A DNA stretch of 64,000 nucleotides from Chthoniobacteraceae bacterium (lineage in GTDB: Bacteria; Verrucomicrobiota; Verrucomicrobiia; Chthoniobacterales; Chthoniobacteraceae). This document shows positions 1-10,653 of this stretch, one piece after another. Below the pieces are notes generated by a model, which saw only the letters and a program-made list of their open reading frames with translations, made no database searches and had not been told where the DNA came from. A program made the translations under genes and the position numbers. The stretch spans positions 57,251-121,250 of the forward strand of contig JANNXQ010000195.1 in NCBI GenBank assembly GCA_031409655.1, given 5' to 3'. The first letter of the stretch is position 1. Every line of letters begins with the position of its first letter.

Positions 1-1662
1 CAGCGCGGTGAAACGCCCCTGTCCATTGGGCTGCCCCGGCGGCAAGTCGAAAGTCGGATCGTGCGCGCCGGTCGGCTCCAGTCGCAAGAGCCCGCCGCGG
101 CTGCGGTAGTCGAAAAACGCCGCCAGGATTCCGCCGTCGGCCTGCAAGGCGATCGCCTCCACCGCCGAGGTCAGCACCGCGCTCGGCTTGAAGGTAGGAT
201 CGACCCGCCCTGTCGGGAGCAGCCGCACGAGGCTCGCGCGCGGCACGCCATTCACCCCCTCGAATGAGCCGCCCACGAGCAGGCGCCCATCGGCATCGAG
301 CTGCAGGCACGTGGGCTGGTTCGCGGCCGACGTCGGGATGGTCGGCATCTCCCAGGCAGGATCCGCCGTCCCATCCGCACGCAAATGCGCCACCCGAGTG
401 TTCGGGGCGCCGTGGTAGATCGAACCGTCGGGGGCGACGATCATTTTCCGGATGCCGCTCGCCACCGTGGGTTGGAAGGTCGGATCGAGCGTGCCATCGG
501 CGAGCAGCCGCGCGAGAAAGCGCCGCGGCACGCCGCCGACGGTGCCGAAAACTCCCGCAAAGACGATCCGGCCATCCGGCTGCGCGCCGACCCCGTACAC
601 GGGGCCATTGGGCCCGGGCGTCGGCGGGTGGAAGGCGGCGTCTAGCGTGCCATCGGACGCCAGCCGCACAAAGCTGGCTCGCTCCAGCGTGAGGCTTTGC
701 CCGGCGAGGATCAGCGTGCCGTCGGTATACACCGCCATCGACTGGGCGAAGCCGGCATAGTGGAAGATGGTGAAAGTCGGATCGAGCTGCCCATCCGCAT
801 TCAAGCGCACGACCGCGTGCGGCGCGTCCACCGTGCCCGGCGCCACCGTGAAAGTGCCCGCGACCACGACTTTGCCATCCCGCTGCGCCACCAGCGCGTC
901 GATGTGCGGATTCACCCCGAGCCCCGCGGTCCCGGCAAACGAGCCTGGATCGTCGATGTCGTAGATGGTCACCAAGGCGCTCGGGACCGGATCGAGGCTG
1001 GCCCCGCCGGCGCCGCCGCCGAGCGAGATGAAAAACACTTCATCGCCCTCGTTCACACCGTCGGTGGCGATCGGGATCGCCACCGTCTGCTCCGTCACTC
1101 CGTCTTCAAAAATGAGCGTGCCCGTGGTCGCTGCGAAATCCGCGCCCGCCTTCGCCGAGCCGTCGGCAGTCTCGAATTGCACCGTGCTGCGCCCTTCGGT
1201 GCCGAGCGTGCGTCGCACTTTCAGCGTGATCGCGCCCGCGCCTTCGCGCACCGCCGCCGGCTCCGTCTCCCACGCGAGATGGCCGGGCCGCGCGTCGTCT
1301 TCGATCGTCACGATGACTGACGGGCGCAATCCCGCGGCCGGTTCCGCGCCGAGCACGACATAGAAGCTGCGCGCGCCTTCGATGGTCGCATTGTCGGCGA
1401 TGGGGATCTCGATTTCGTGCAGCACCTCGCCCGGCCCGAAAGTGAGCGTGCCCGAGCGCGCGGTGTAATCGACGCCCTCACGCGCCTCGCGGTCGAGCGT
1501 GTAGTAATCCACCGTGAGCGTCCCCGCAGTGCCGCCGCGGCGGACCACCTCCAGGCGCGCGCTGCCGCCCGCTTCACTCACGTGATGGCCGGCCCACACG
1601 AAACTCGCTGTGCCCGCTCCCGGCAGATCGAGCGGCCCGCCGCCCACCCCCAGGACCGCCGT
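1..1662 (-). CDS. In-frame continuation of the delta-60/Calx-beta surface protein beyond the TAG at 1663-1665; runs off the window start
   Basis: Scanned by hand: no stop in this frame from 1662 to 1. Translates TAVLGVGGGPLDLPGAGTASFVW...AREGVDYTARSGTLTFGPGE (Calx-beta) and QPDGRIVFAG...RLLADGTLDPTF (delta-60 repeats). Confidence 0.85.
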
Positions 1663-4518
1663 CTACTCGCTCGTGGCCACGACCCTCGCCCCGCTGCGCA
1701 GCAGCGTGAGCACGCCGCTGGGCGAGTAGCCGCGGACCTCATAGGCGGGGTCCACCGTGCCATCCGCCCGCAAACGCAGCAGGCCCGCCGCGCCCGTGAC
1801 GATCGCCCCATCGCGCTCGAGGAAAAGGCTCGCAAGCGGCAGCGCATTCACCACCGGCAGCGCCGCGGCGTCGAAGCTCCGATCGAGCTGGCCGTCGGGT
1901 GCGAAACGCACGAGCGCGCGTGTGCCGCCGGCGCGCAGCGTGAATTCGCCAGCCGCGAGCAGGCGGCCATCGGGCTCCAGCGCGAGGGCGTGGGCGGTGC
2001 AGACGTTTTCATTCAGCCGCGCGTCGGTGACAAAGCTCGCATCGAACTCCCCGCCTGGATGCAGCCGCGCCACGCCAGGCAGCACGCGATCGCCCAGCCG
2101 CAGACTCCCGCCCCCGACCACCACGCGCCCATCGGGTTGCACCGCCAGGGCTTCGATGAAGCCCGTGATCGCGCAGGTGAAAGTGGGATCGAGCGACCCA
2201 TCGGCCCGCAGGCGCGCGAGCGTCGTCTGCGTGTTGCTTCCGGGCGCGAACAAGCTGCTCACCACGAGCACTCGCCCGTCGAGTTGCAGGGCCATCTTCT
2301 GCACGCTATCGCCGATCGAGGCTGGCGCAAAGCTCGGGTCGCGCGCTCCATCGGGGAGCAGCCGCGTGAGTTCCTGCTGGTAGGAGCGCAAGCCCGACGC
2401 CACCACCAGCAGCCGGCCATCGGGCTGCGCGACGATCTGCGCCACGCGCGCCGTGAGCGGAAACTGCACCAGGCCCGGGACGAACGGGAGCCCCCCCGGG
2501 GAACCCGGAAGCGGAAACTGCGCATCGAAGGTCTCGTCCGGCGTTCCATCCGCCAGCAGCCGCACCAGCGAGTGCCGCACGAGGCCGCCGTAGCGGGTGA
2601 ACCTTCCGCCCACGATCACGCGGCCATCGGGCAACTCCACCGCTGCGGCGATCGAGCCGTAGATGTCATCGAGCGAGCCGGTCGGGGCAAAGCCCGGATC
2701 GCGCGAACCGGCGCTGTCATTGTCGCGGATCGTCACCACCGCCATGGTCGCCGCGCCGAGCGTCGCGCCACCGGTGGGCGAAGAGAGCGTCACGGTGAAA
2801 GTCTCGGAGCCTTCGCGCAGCCCATCGTCGAAGATCGGCACGCGCACCGTCTTCACATTCTCGCCATCGGCCAGCGTGAGCGTGCCCCGCGCGGCCGCGT
2901 AGTCCACGCCTTCGGTGGCGGTGCCGGAGGTCGGGGTGAAATCGACAGCGACGCTCCCCACTGTGTGGCCATTGCGCGTGGCGGTGAGTTCGATTTCTCC
3001 CGCTCCTTCCGTCGTCTCGATCGCCGAGACCCGCCACTCGATGACCCCCGGCCGGTCGTCATCCACGATCGTCGCGGTAGCCGTGGACTCGAAGCCGAGG
3101 GTCGCGCCGCCGGTCGGCGAGTGCAGCGTCACGAGCACCGTTTCGTCCGGCTCGGTGAGCGTATCGTCGAAGATCGGAATGGTGATCGTGTGCACGGTCT
3201 CTCCCGGCGCAAAGACCAGCGTGTCGCCGAGTGCGCCGAAGTCACCCGCGCCCGCCGTGCCGCCGGTCACTGCATATGCCACCGAAACCGTGCCCGCATT
3301 TCCTCCCTCGCGCACCACCGCGACCGTGAGCGACCCGGCCGCTTCCGGCGCCGCATAGACGGGCCACGCCATGCGGAGAGTCCCTGCGCCCGGCAGTGGC
3401 GCAGCGCCCCCGAGCACGCGTGCGAGCACGTTTCCCGTAATGGAATCGGCGGCCACCACGACCCGCCCTGCCACATCCAGCGCGAGCGTCTTGAGCTCTG
3501 GCGTGGCCGCGACATCGCCTACAAAAGTGCCGTCGTGCGTGCCATCGCGCAGCAGCCGGACCATTCCCAGATGCGACCCCGCCGCGATGATCGCGCCGTC
3601 CGGCTGGAGCGCCAGCTTGCGATAGATGCCCGCCGTGAGAAACGAGCTCAGGGCAAAGGTGGGATCAAACGCTCCGCCCGGCAGAAGACGATACACACCC
3701 TGCGATGCGGCGATCAGCATGCGCCCGTCAGGCAGGGCCGTGAAGCTCCGTACATAGTCCACCCTGTCCAGGCAGAAGGTGGGATCGTGCGTGCCATCGC
3801 GGCGCAGGCGCACCATGCCCGAGGCCGCGACGCCCGGTGGCTGGAGGTTAAATCCCGCGACGAGGATGCGGCCATCGGGCAGCACCTCGAGCCCCGTGAA
3901 CCCCGGCGCCGAGAGCTGCGCGTCGAACGAGCGATCCACGCGCCCATCCGCAAAGAGGCGATCCACCGTGCGATCCACCTCCTCGCCGCGCCGGAGGAAA
4001 CGCCCCGCGATGACGATGCGCCCATCCGCCTGCACGGCCACCTTCGTCACATCGCTATAGAGGGGGCCCAGCTCGATTTCCGCGTCGAAGGCCGCATCCA
4101 CCGCGCCATTGGCCAGCAGCCGCACCAGCATGGGACGGGCAACTTCGGAGAAGCGGGTGAACGCACCCGCGACCAGCACTTTTCCATCGCGCAGCGGGAA
4201 CGCCTCCACTCCGAGGTGCACATCCGGCCCTGTGCCCGCATCGAAGCTCGCATCGCGCGCCCCGTCCGGCATTAGCCGCGCGACTCGTCCGCACGGCGCT
4301 CCATCGTACGCCGTGAACGAACCCGCGATCAGTGATTTCCCATCCGGCAGCGCGGCGATCGTCCTCACCGAGTCGTTCGGCCCTCCGCCGACTTGAAACG
4401 TCGCATCCCGCGCTCCCGGCGCCGCATTCCCGACCGCCCCGCACAGGATCCCCAGACAGACCGCGGCCCCCCGGATCATCCGCGCAGCATTTCGAGCGAT
4501 TTGGGGGGCCGGCGACAC
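1663..4518 (-). CDS. Large secreted protein with delta-60 beta-propeller repeats and Calx-beta domains (N-terminal part, stops at in-frame TAG)
   Basis: Signal-peptide-like N-terminus; repeated 'QPDG(R/K)..V.G...RL..DG..D.SF' units; Calx-beta motifs 'GTLTLADGENVKTVRVPIFDDGLREGSETFTVTLS'. Start could be ATG 4479. Confidence 0.88.
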   Translation of the reverse strand: MSPAPQIARNAARMIRGAAVCLGILCGAVGNAAPGARDATFQVGGGPNDSVRTIAALPDGKSLIAGSFTAYDGAPCGRVARLMPDGARDASFDAGTGPDVHLGVEAFPLRDGKVLVAGAFTRFSEVARPMLVRLLANGAVDAAFDAEIELGPLYSDVTKVAVQADGRIVIAGRFLRRGEEVDRTVDRLFADGRVDRSFDAQLSAPGFTGLEVLPDGRILVAGFNLQPPGVAASGMVRLRRDGTHDPTFCLDRVDYVRSFTALPDGRMLIAASQGVYRLLPGGAFDPTFALSSFLTAGIYRKLALQPDGAIIAAGSHLGMVRLLRDGTHDGTFVGDVAATPELKTLALDVAGRVVVAADSITGNVLARVLGGAAPLPGAGTLRMAWPVYAAPEAAGSLTVAVVREGGNAGTVSVAYAVTGGTAGAGDFGALGDTLVFAPGETVHTITIPIFDDTLTEPDETVLVTLHSPTGGATLGFESTATATIVDDDRPGVIEWRVSAIETTEGAGEIELTATRNGHTVGSVAVDFTPTSGTATEGVDYAAARGTLTLADGENVKTVRVPIFDDGLREGSETFTVTLSSPTGGATLGAATMAVVTIRDNDSAGSRDPGFAPTGSLDDIYGSIAAAVELPDGRVIVGGRFTRYGGLVRHSLVRLLADGTPDETFDAQFPLPGSPGGLPFVPGLVQFPLTARVAQIVAQPDGRLLVVASGLRSYQQELTRLLPDGARDPSFAPASIGDSVQKMALQLDGRVLVVSSLFAPGSNTQTTLARLRADGSLDPTFTCAITGFIEALAVQPDGRVVVGGGSLRLGDRVLPGVARLHPGGEFDASFVTDARLNENVCTAHALALEPDGRLLAAGEFTLRAGGTRALVRFAPDGQLDRSFDAAALPVVNALPLASLFLERDGAIVTGAAGLLRLRADGTVDPAYEVRGYSPSGVLTLLRSGARVVATSE

Positions 4519-4609
4519 CGCCGGAGGATGTCCGCTGCCTCCGCGTGAGTCAATTCAATGCGTGGCACTCAATCCCCCTCGCGATGGGAGCGCGGCGAAA
4601 GGCGTGAGA

Positions 4610-4660
4610 CTTAACCGACTCTTAACAATTTTCCCCGCCCGGCGAAGCCGACTCTTAACA
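4610..4660 (+). promoter_or_regulatory. Direct-repeat boxes, candidate OmpR/PhoB-family regulator site
   Basis: CTTAAC at 4610, 4621 and 4654 (offsets 11 and 33 bp); CCGACTCTTAACA exactly duplicated at 4615 and 4648; lies between divergent genes. Confidence 0.55.
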
Positions 4661-4746
4661 GTGGTGGCGTCTATTGTTTGCAAGCAACCGCGGCAACTCG
4701 CGGCCCGCTGTGCGAAAAACCCGATAACTCCAAAAACAATCCGACA

Positions 4747-5346
4747 ATGAAAACGACTGCAAAACTCCTCCTCCCGATCCTAGCGTTCAGCGCCTCGATC
4801 ATCTGCGCCAGTGCGCAAGAAAAGAAAGACGAACAGAATTCTGATCGCCGCCGTGGCGGTGACCGCGGCAGCTTCAATCCCGACGAATTCCGCAAGCAAA
4901 TGTCCGAGCGGCTCAAGACCTCGCTCAAAGTCACCGACGATGAATGGGCCGTCATTTCTCCTCTCATCGAGAAAGTGCAGACCAAAATGCGGGAGTCGAT
5001 GGGCAGCCGCGGCTTCGGTGGTGGAGGCCCGGGAGGGCAGGGTGGCCCCGGTGGTGGCGGCGATCGTCGTCGCGGTGAAGGTGGCGGTAGCCCGACTGCG
5101 GGAGCGCCCGGCGGTGGTGGCGACAGTCAGCGTCCTGATCGGGCCGCTTCGCCGGAACGCGATGCTCTCCGCACCGCGCTCGAAGATGAGAAGACCTCGC
5201 CGGAGGATATTCAAGCCAAGCTCACGGCGCTGCGCGAAGTGCGGAAGAAGTCCGAAGCCGATCTCAATGCCGCTCGCGAAGAGCTCCGCAAGGTGCTCTC
5301 CGTCCGTCAGGAAGCCGCGCTCGTCGGCATGGGGATGCTCGAATAG
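4747..5346 (+). CDS. Periplasmic helical protein with Gly-rich linker (Spy/CpxP-like architecture), first gene of T2SS operon
   Basis: Sec signal MKTTAKLLLPILAFSASIICASA; helical segments ending 'LRKVLSVRQEAALVGMGMLE'; 6 bp upstream of gspE. Confidence 0.7.
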   Translation: MKTTAKLLLPILAFSASIICASAQEKKDEQNSDRRRGGDRGSFNPDEFRKQMSERLKTSLKVTDDEWAVISPLIEKVQTKMRESMGSRGFGGGGPGGQGGPGGGGDRRRGEGGGSPTAGAPGGGGDSQRPDRAASPERDALRTALEDEKTSPEDIQAKLTALREVRKKSEADLNAAREELRKVLSVRQEAALVGMGMLE

Positions 5347-5352
5347 CTCTTC

Positions 5353-7065
5353 ATGATCGGGACCCCTCCAGTCTCTGTGAGTGCATCCAGCCAGGCTCTT
5401 CTGGCGTCCATGGTGGAGCGGCAACAGCTCTCCGCCATGGACGCCGAAGCGCTGGAGCGCGAGTGCGCGCTCGGCTTCCGGGCAGATACGGAAGAGGCCG
5501 TGCTGCGCTGGCTGGCCCAGGAGTACGGTCTCGGCTTCACCGCGCTGGAGGGCATCGAGCCAGATCGCGCGCTGCTCGCCAAATTCTCCGCGCGCATCCT
5601 GCTCAAGGAAGAGCTGCTCCCGCTCTCCGAGAAAGATGGCGTGGTCGAGGTGGCCGCGAGCCGGCTCTTCGCGACGCCAGGACTCGATAGTCTGCGCGCG
5701 GTTTCCGATCTGAAGTTTCAGCCGATCCTCGCGCCGAGCGAAGCGCTCCAGCGGGAGATCAAAAAGCACCTCGGCGTCGGCGCCGATACGCTCAATCTGC
5801 TCGAACAGGAGGAAGGCTTCCAAGTCGTCTCCGAAGATCGCGAAGATTCTGGCGATCTCGACAAAGCCGCGGAAGACGCGTCGATCATCCGTTTCGTCAA
5901 CCAAGTGCTCGGCGACGCCATCTCGCTGCGGGCTTCGGATATTCACGTCGAGCCTTTCGAGCACGAGCTGCGCATCCGTTATCGCATCGACGGGCTTTTG
6001 CAGGAAGTGCCCGTGCCCACGCAGATCAAGCGCTTCCAGCCGGCGATCGTTTCGCGCATCAAAATCTTGAGCAATCTCGATATCGCGGAGAAGCGCGTGC
6101 CGCAGGACGGTCGCATCAAGATCCGCGTGAAAGCGACGGAGGTGGACATCCGCGTTTCGGTGATCCCGATGCTCCATGGCGAAGCGGTGGTGCTGCGTTT
6201 GCTCCGCCAGGAGGCTGGGGTGCTCGGCCTCGATAGTCTCGGGATGGCCGAGCGGGAGCGCGGGCTTTTCTCCCAAGTCCTCGAAATGCCGCACGGCATC
6301 GCGCTCGTCACTGGTCCCACCGGCAGCGGCAAGACGACCACGCTCTACAGCGCGCTCCATCAGATCAATGATGCGGTACGCAAGATCATCACCATCGAAG
6401 ACCCGGTGGAATATCAGCTCAAGGGGATCAACCAGATCCAGGTCGCGGAAAAGGCCGGGCTGACTTTTGCCCGCGGACTCCGCGCGATTTTGCGCCACGA
6501 CCCGGATGTCGTGCTCATCGGAGAAATTCGCGACCGCGAGACCGCGCAGATCGCCGTGCAGGCATCGCTCACGGGGCACATGGTCTTTTCCACGCTCCAC
6601 ACCAATGACGCGCCCGGCGCGCTGACGCGGCTCGTGGACATGGGCGTGGAGCCGTATCTGGTCGCCTCCTCGCTCGAGGCCGTGATCGCGCAACGTCTCG
6701 TCCGTGTGCTCTGCCCGGATTGCAAAGAGCTGGATACCACCGCGCGGACCTCGGCGCTTCGCGAGCGCGTCGAAGCGCTGCGCTACGCGAATATCTACGC
6801 CGCGAAGGGTTGCCGCAGTTGCCGCATGACTGGCTACAGCGGACGCCGTGCGGTCTTCGAACTCATGACCATGAGCCCGACGATCCGCGAGATCCTGCTC
6901 CGCGGGGGTTCGAGCATTGAGATCAAAAACGCCGCCCGCCGCGAAGGAATGCGCACGCTGCTCGAAGACGGCTGGCGGGTGGTGAAAGACGGCACCACCA
7001 CGCCTTCCGAAGTGATGCGTGTCTCGAAGGACGAAGGCAGCGACGGCTTTGCCGTCGGAACATGA
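5353..7065 (+). CDS. gspE: Type II secretion ATPase GspE/PilB family
   Basis: ASDIHVEP, Walker A GPTGSGKTT, TIEDPVEY, LRHDPDVVLIGEIRD, TGHMVFSTLHTN, tetracysteine CPDC..CRSC. Confidence 0.95.
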   Translation: MIGTPPVSVSASSQALLASMVERQQLSAMDAEALERECALGFRADTEEAVLRWLAQEYGLGFTALEGIEPDRALLAKFSARILLKEELLPLSEKDGVVEVAASRLFATPGLDSLRAVSDLKFQPILAPSEALQREIKKHLGVGADTLNLLEQEEGFQVVSEDREDSGDLDKAAEDASIIRFVNQVLGDAISLRASDIHVEPFEHELRIRYRIDGLLQEVPVPTQIKRFQPAIVSRIKILSNLDIAEKRVPQDGRIKIRVKATEVDIRVSVIPMLHGEAVVLRLLRQEAGVLGLDSLGMAERERGLFSQVLEMPHGIALVTGPTGSGKTTTLYSALHQINDAVRKIITIEDPVEYQLKGINQIQVAEKAGLTFARGLRAILRHDPDVVLIGEIRDRETAQIAVQASLTGHMVFSTLHTNDAPGALTRLVDMGVEPYLVASSLEAVIAQRLVRVLCPDCKELDTTARTSALRERVEALRYANIYAAKGCRSCRMTGYSGRRAVFELMTMSPTIREILLRGGSSIEIKNAARREGMRTLLEDGWRVVKDGTTTPSEVMRVSKDEGSDGFAVGT

Positions 7066-7143
7066 TCATGGACGCCACACCTTACATTCCATCGGGACCA
7101 CTCCCGTCGTTCCGAGACTTCGCGCGCGCCGACGAAGCAGAAA

Positions 7144-7278
7144 TCCGGGGAGCATCCGCGTCTCGCGTGTCGGTTTCGGCGTCTTGCCGGAACGAACTTC
7201 CCGATGAGTCCGCTCTGGCAGAAACGTCACTTGATGAAGAGACGGTGGCCTGTTCTGCGGGCGCGGATGCTCCCCGGA
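7144..7278. repeat. REPIN/MITE-like palindromic element, copy 1
   Basis: Perfect 17-bp inverted ends TCCGGGGAGCATCCGCG (7144-7160) / CGCGGATGCTCCCCGGA (7262-7278); left arm closely matches the element at 10708-10889. Confidence 0.85.
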
Positions 7279-7321
7279 GTTCCGAGTCCGCACCTCAAGA
7301 GCCCGCCGAATAGTCCACCCG

Positions 7322-8566
7322 ATGGCCGTCTTCGAATACAAAGCAGTGCAGGCGAACGGCACGTCGATCCTCGGCACGATCGACGCCTCCGGTCGCCAGG
7401 ATGCGGTGCGGATGATCGAAGAGCGGGGACTCACGCCGGTGCGCATCACCGAAAGCGTCGCGACTGCGAAGAACGGAGCGCGCGGCGCGAAGCCGACGGG
7501 CGCAGGCCAATTCGCCTGGCAGTCGAACCGCGTTCCCTTCGCCGCGCTCGAAGATTTCACCCGCTCCCTCTCCAGCCTGCTCTCCGCCAATGTTCCGCTG
7601 AGTCGCGCGCTTACCATCTTGTACAAAGAGACGTCGCATCCCGTCGCGGCCGTGAAGTGGCGCGAACTGCACGATCTCGTCATCGACGGGGTCCCGCTTG
7701 CGGAAGCGATGAACCGTTCGCCGGACGTCTTCCCGCGCGTCTATGTCGCGATGGTCGAAGCGGGTGAGGCCGGCGGCTTTCTCGATGTGGTGCTCGCACA
7801 GATCGCCGACTTTCAAGCGCAGGAAAAAGAGATGCGCGCCAAGGTGATGGCCGCCCTGATGTATCCCGCCGTGCTGCTCTGCCTCGCCGTCGCGGTGCTC
7901 ATCTTCCTCCTCGTCTTTTTCATCCCACGCTTTCAGACACTCTTCGCCGGCTTCGATGCGGCGCTGCCGGCGCTCACCCAGATCATCGTCGGGATCAGTA
8001 ATTTTGTGCGCAGCTACGGCTTCTATTTGCTCGCGGCGATCGTGGCCGCGATCTACTTCGGGCGCGCCTGGTTTGCGCGCGAAAGCAGTCGGCGGCTCTG
8101 GGAATCGTGGCTCCTGCGCACGCCGGTCGTCGGCCCCCTCATGGCGCAGATCGCCATGGCGCGTTTTTGCCGGATGCTCGGCACGCTGCTTGGCGCCGGA
8201 GTCTCGCTGATCAGCGCACTTTCCGTCGCGCGCCGTTCGCTCGGCTACCAGACGCTCATCGACCTCGTCACGGATTCCACGGAGCGCGTGAAAAAAGGCG
8301 AGGCGCTCGGCGCGAGTCTGGCGGGATGCAAAGCGCTCTTTGGCGGCTCGACGCTCGAGATGATCGCCGTCGCGGAGGAAAGCGGGCGCCTCGACAAGGA
8401 ACTGGTGCGGCTCGCGGGCGTCACCGAGATCACCCTCGATCGTCAGCTCAAGACCGCCGTCGCGCTGGCCGAACCGCTCATGCTCTTCGTCATTGCCGGA
8501 TTCATCGGCACGATCTTCGTCGGGATGGTCATCCCGATCTTTACCATTCAGGACTACATCAAGTGA
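7322..8566 (+). CDS. gspF: Type II secretion inner-membrane platform protein GspF/PilC
   Basis: MAVFEYKA start, 'FPRVYVAMVEAGEAGG.L..VL', 'ALMYP', 'MIAVAEESGRLD', 'LAEPLMLFVI'. Confidence 0.95.
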   Translation: MAVFEYKAVQANGTSILGTIDASGRQDAVRMIEERGLTPVRITESVATAKNGARGAKPTGAGQFAWQSNRVPFAALEDFTRSLSSLLSANVPLSRALTILYKETSHPVAAVKWRELHDLVIDGVPLAEAMNRSPDVFPRVYVAMVEAGEAGGFLDVVLAQIADFQAQEKEMRAKVMAALMYPAVLLCLAVAVLIFLLVFFIPRFQTLFAGFDAALPALTQIIVGISNFVRSYGFYLLAAIVAAIYFGRAWFARESSRRLWESWLLRTPVVGPLMAQIAMARFCRMLGTLLGAGVSLISALSVARRSLGYQTLIDLVTDSTERVKKGEALGASLAGCKALFGGSTLEMIAVAEESGRLDKELVRLAGVTEITLDRQLKTAVALAEPLMLFVIAGFIGTIFVGMVIPIFTIQDYIK

Positions 8567-8580
8567 TCACCTTTCCACTC

Positions 8581-9128
<548 letters not shown>

Positions 9129-9132
<4 letters not shown>

Positions 9133-9620
9133 CTGAGTCGCGCCGCACCTCCGCTTTCACGCTCGTCGAGCTCATCGTCGTCATGGCGTTGCTCGCGATC
9201 GTGCTGGCCTTGTCGGCGCCGTCGCTGGCGCGTTCGATGCGCCAGCGAAACCTCGAAGCGGAAGCCGCGCGCTTCCTCGCCGCCACGGAGTATGGCCGCA
9301 ATGAAGCCGTCTCGCAGGGCGTCCCGATGGTCCTGTGGATCGACGAAAAGACGCGGCGCTTCGGCGTCGAGGCGCGCTCGGGATTCACCGGCGATCCGGC
9401 GCGCGCTCGGGAGTTCGAGTTGCATCCGGAAGTGGAGATCGAGACCGAGAAAGTGATCGCGCGGACGGCGAAGGTGCAGCCCATCGAATTCGCGCCCGAT
9501 GGCGCGCCGGCCACGACGAACATCGAGGCGGTACAGCTCAAAGACCGTTTCGCGTCCGTCGTGACCATCGCCCAGACCACTGATGGTTGGGGTTACGAGA
9601 TCCTGAAGGAGGTCCGATGA
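9129..9620 (+). CDS. gspH: Minor pseudopilin GspH/FimT-like
   Basis: A/FTLVELIVVMALLAIVLALSAPSL; ATGA overlap with gspG stop. Confidence 0.85.
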
Positions 9621-9997
9621 ACCGCCGCGAGCACGGCTTCACCTTCGTCGAGATTCTCGCGGCGTTGCTTTTCCTCGGGATCGTGATGCCAGTGGTGATC
9701 GGCGCGCTGCAGGTTGCGAATCGCGCGGCGGTGCTTTCCGAGCGCGCCGGGGTGGCGGTGCAGCTTGCGGAAAACAAGCTGGCAGAACTCCAACTCGGCG
9801 ACGCCTGGGACTCGTCCTCCTCGACGGGAGAGTTCGGAGAGGATTGGCCGGGTTACCGTTGGGAACTCACGAAAGCGGATTGGGAAAACGGCGTCATGAC
9901 GGAGCTGCAACTCGCGGTCCTCTTTAGTGTGCAGGGTCGCGAGCAGGACGTGCGGCTGAGTACCCTGGTCAGCGAATCGCTCTCGGAGGAACCATGA
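9617..9997 (+). CDS. gspI: Minor pseudopilin GspI-like
   Basis: MNRREHG/FTFVEILAAL; AAGGAGG RBS; ATGA overlap; 'AVQLAENKLAELQL'. Confidence 0.85.
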   Translation: MNRREHGFTFVEILAALLFLGIVMPVVIGALQVANRAAVLSERAGVAVQLAENKLAELQLGDAWDSSSSTGEFGEDWPGYRWELTKADWENGVMTELQLAVLFSVQGREQDVRLSTLVSESLSEEP

Positions 9998-10653
9998 GAC
10001 GCACCGCGTTCACGCTCCTGGAACTAATCATGGCCCTCGCGGCCTCGGCGGTCATTCTGGCCGCGATCTACGGCGTCTTTTCCCGCGCGGTGCATCTCCG
10101 CGATGCGGCCACGACCCGCGTCCGCGAAGCGCGCATCCGGGGCCACGCCGCGACGATGATTCGCGACGATCTGCGGAATGCGCTCATCTCGGGATCGACG
10201 ACGGCGACCGCGCTCGGCTCGATGCTCACGGGATCGCCGGAGGGCAAGGAGTCGAGCTTCCCCGGCTACCTCGCTTTCACCACGACCACTGGGCGCGACG
10301 CGGATGAAACGCCGACGGCGGACGTGCAGCGGATCGAGTACTACATCGCGAATGATCCCGAAGCCGTGGATCGCAACTCGGGAATGCTCGTGCGGACAGT
10401 GGAACGCACGCTCCTCGCGCAGACTCCGGAGACGCCGCCTGAGACGCCGCTGCTCCATGGCGTTGAGAAGATGGAGGTCGAATTTTACGACGGCACCAGC
10501 TGGCAGAATGCGTGGGAGATCACGGAGACGGAGAAGACCCTGCCGGAAGCGGTGCGGGTGCGTCTTCAGCCCGCGACCAGCGCCCGCGGGGAACGCGTGT
10601 CACCGATCGAGATCGTCGTCCCGTGGACCACCCATTCGTGGATCGAGTCATGA
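9994..10653 (+). CDS. gspJ: Minor pseudopilin GspJ-like
   Basis: MRRTA/FTLLELIMAL; 'FYDGTSWQNAW...LPEAVRVRL' GspJ-type C-terminus. Confidence 0.85.
   Translation: MRRTAFTLLELIMALAASAVILAAIYGVFSRAVHLRDAATTRVREARIRGHAATMIRDDLRNALISGSTTATALGSMLTGSPEGKESSFPGYLAFTTTTGRDADETPTADVQRIEYYIANDPEAVDRNSGMLVRTVERTLLAQTPETPPETPLLHGVEKMEVEFYDGTSWQNAWEITETEKTLPEAVRVRLQPATSARGERVSPIEIVVPWTTHSWIES

Noticed and set aside
1417..4275. 952-aa plus-strand ORF and similar long ORFs (4780-6693 -, 20217-21941 +, 24750-26477 -, 41365-42894 -, 51568-53040 +, 53634-55205 -, 56812-58359 -)
   Set aside because: Antisense shadows of well-supported genes in GC-rich DNA; Arg/His-rich with no motifs
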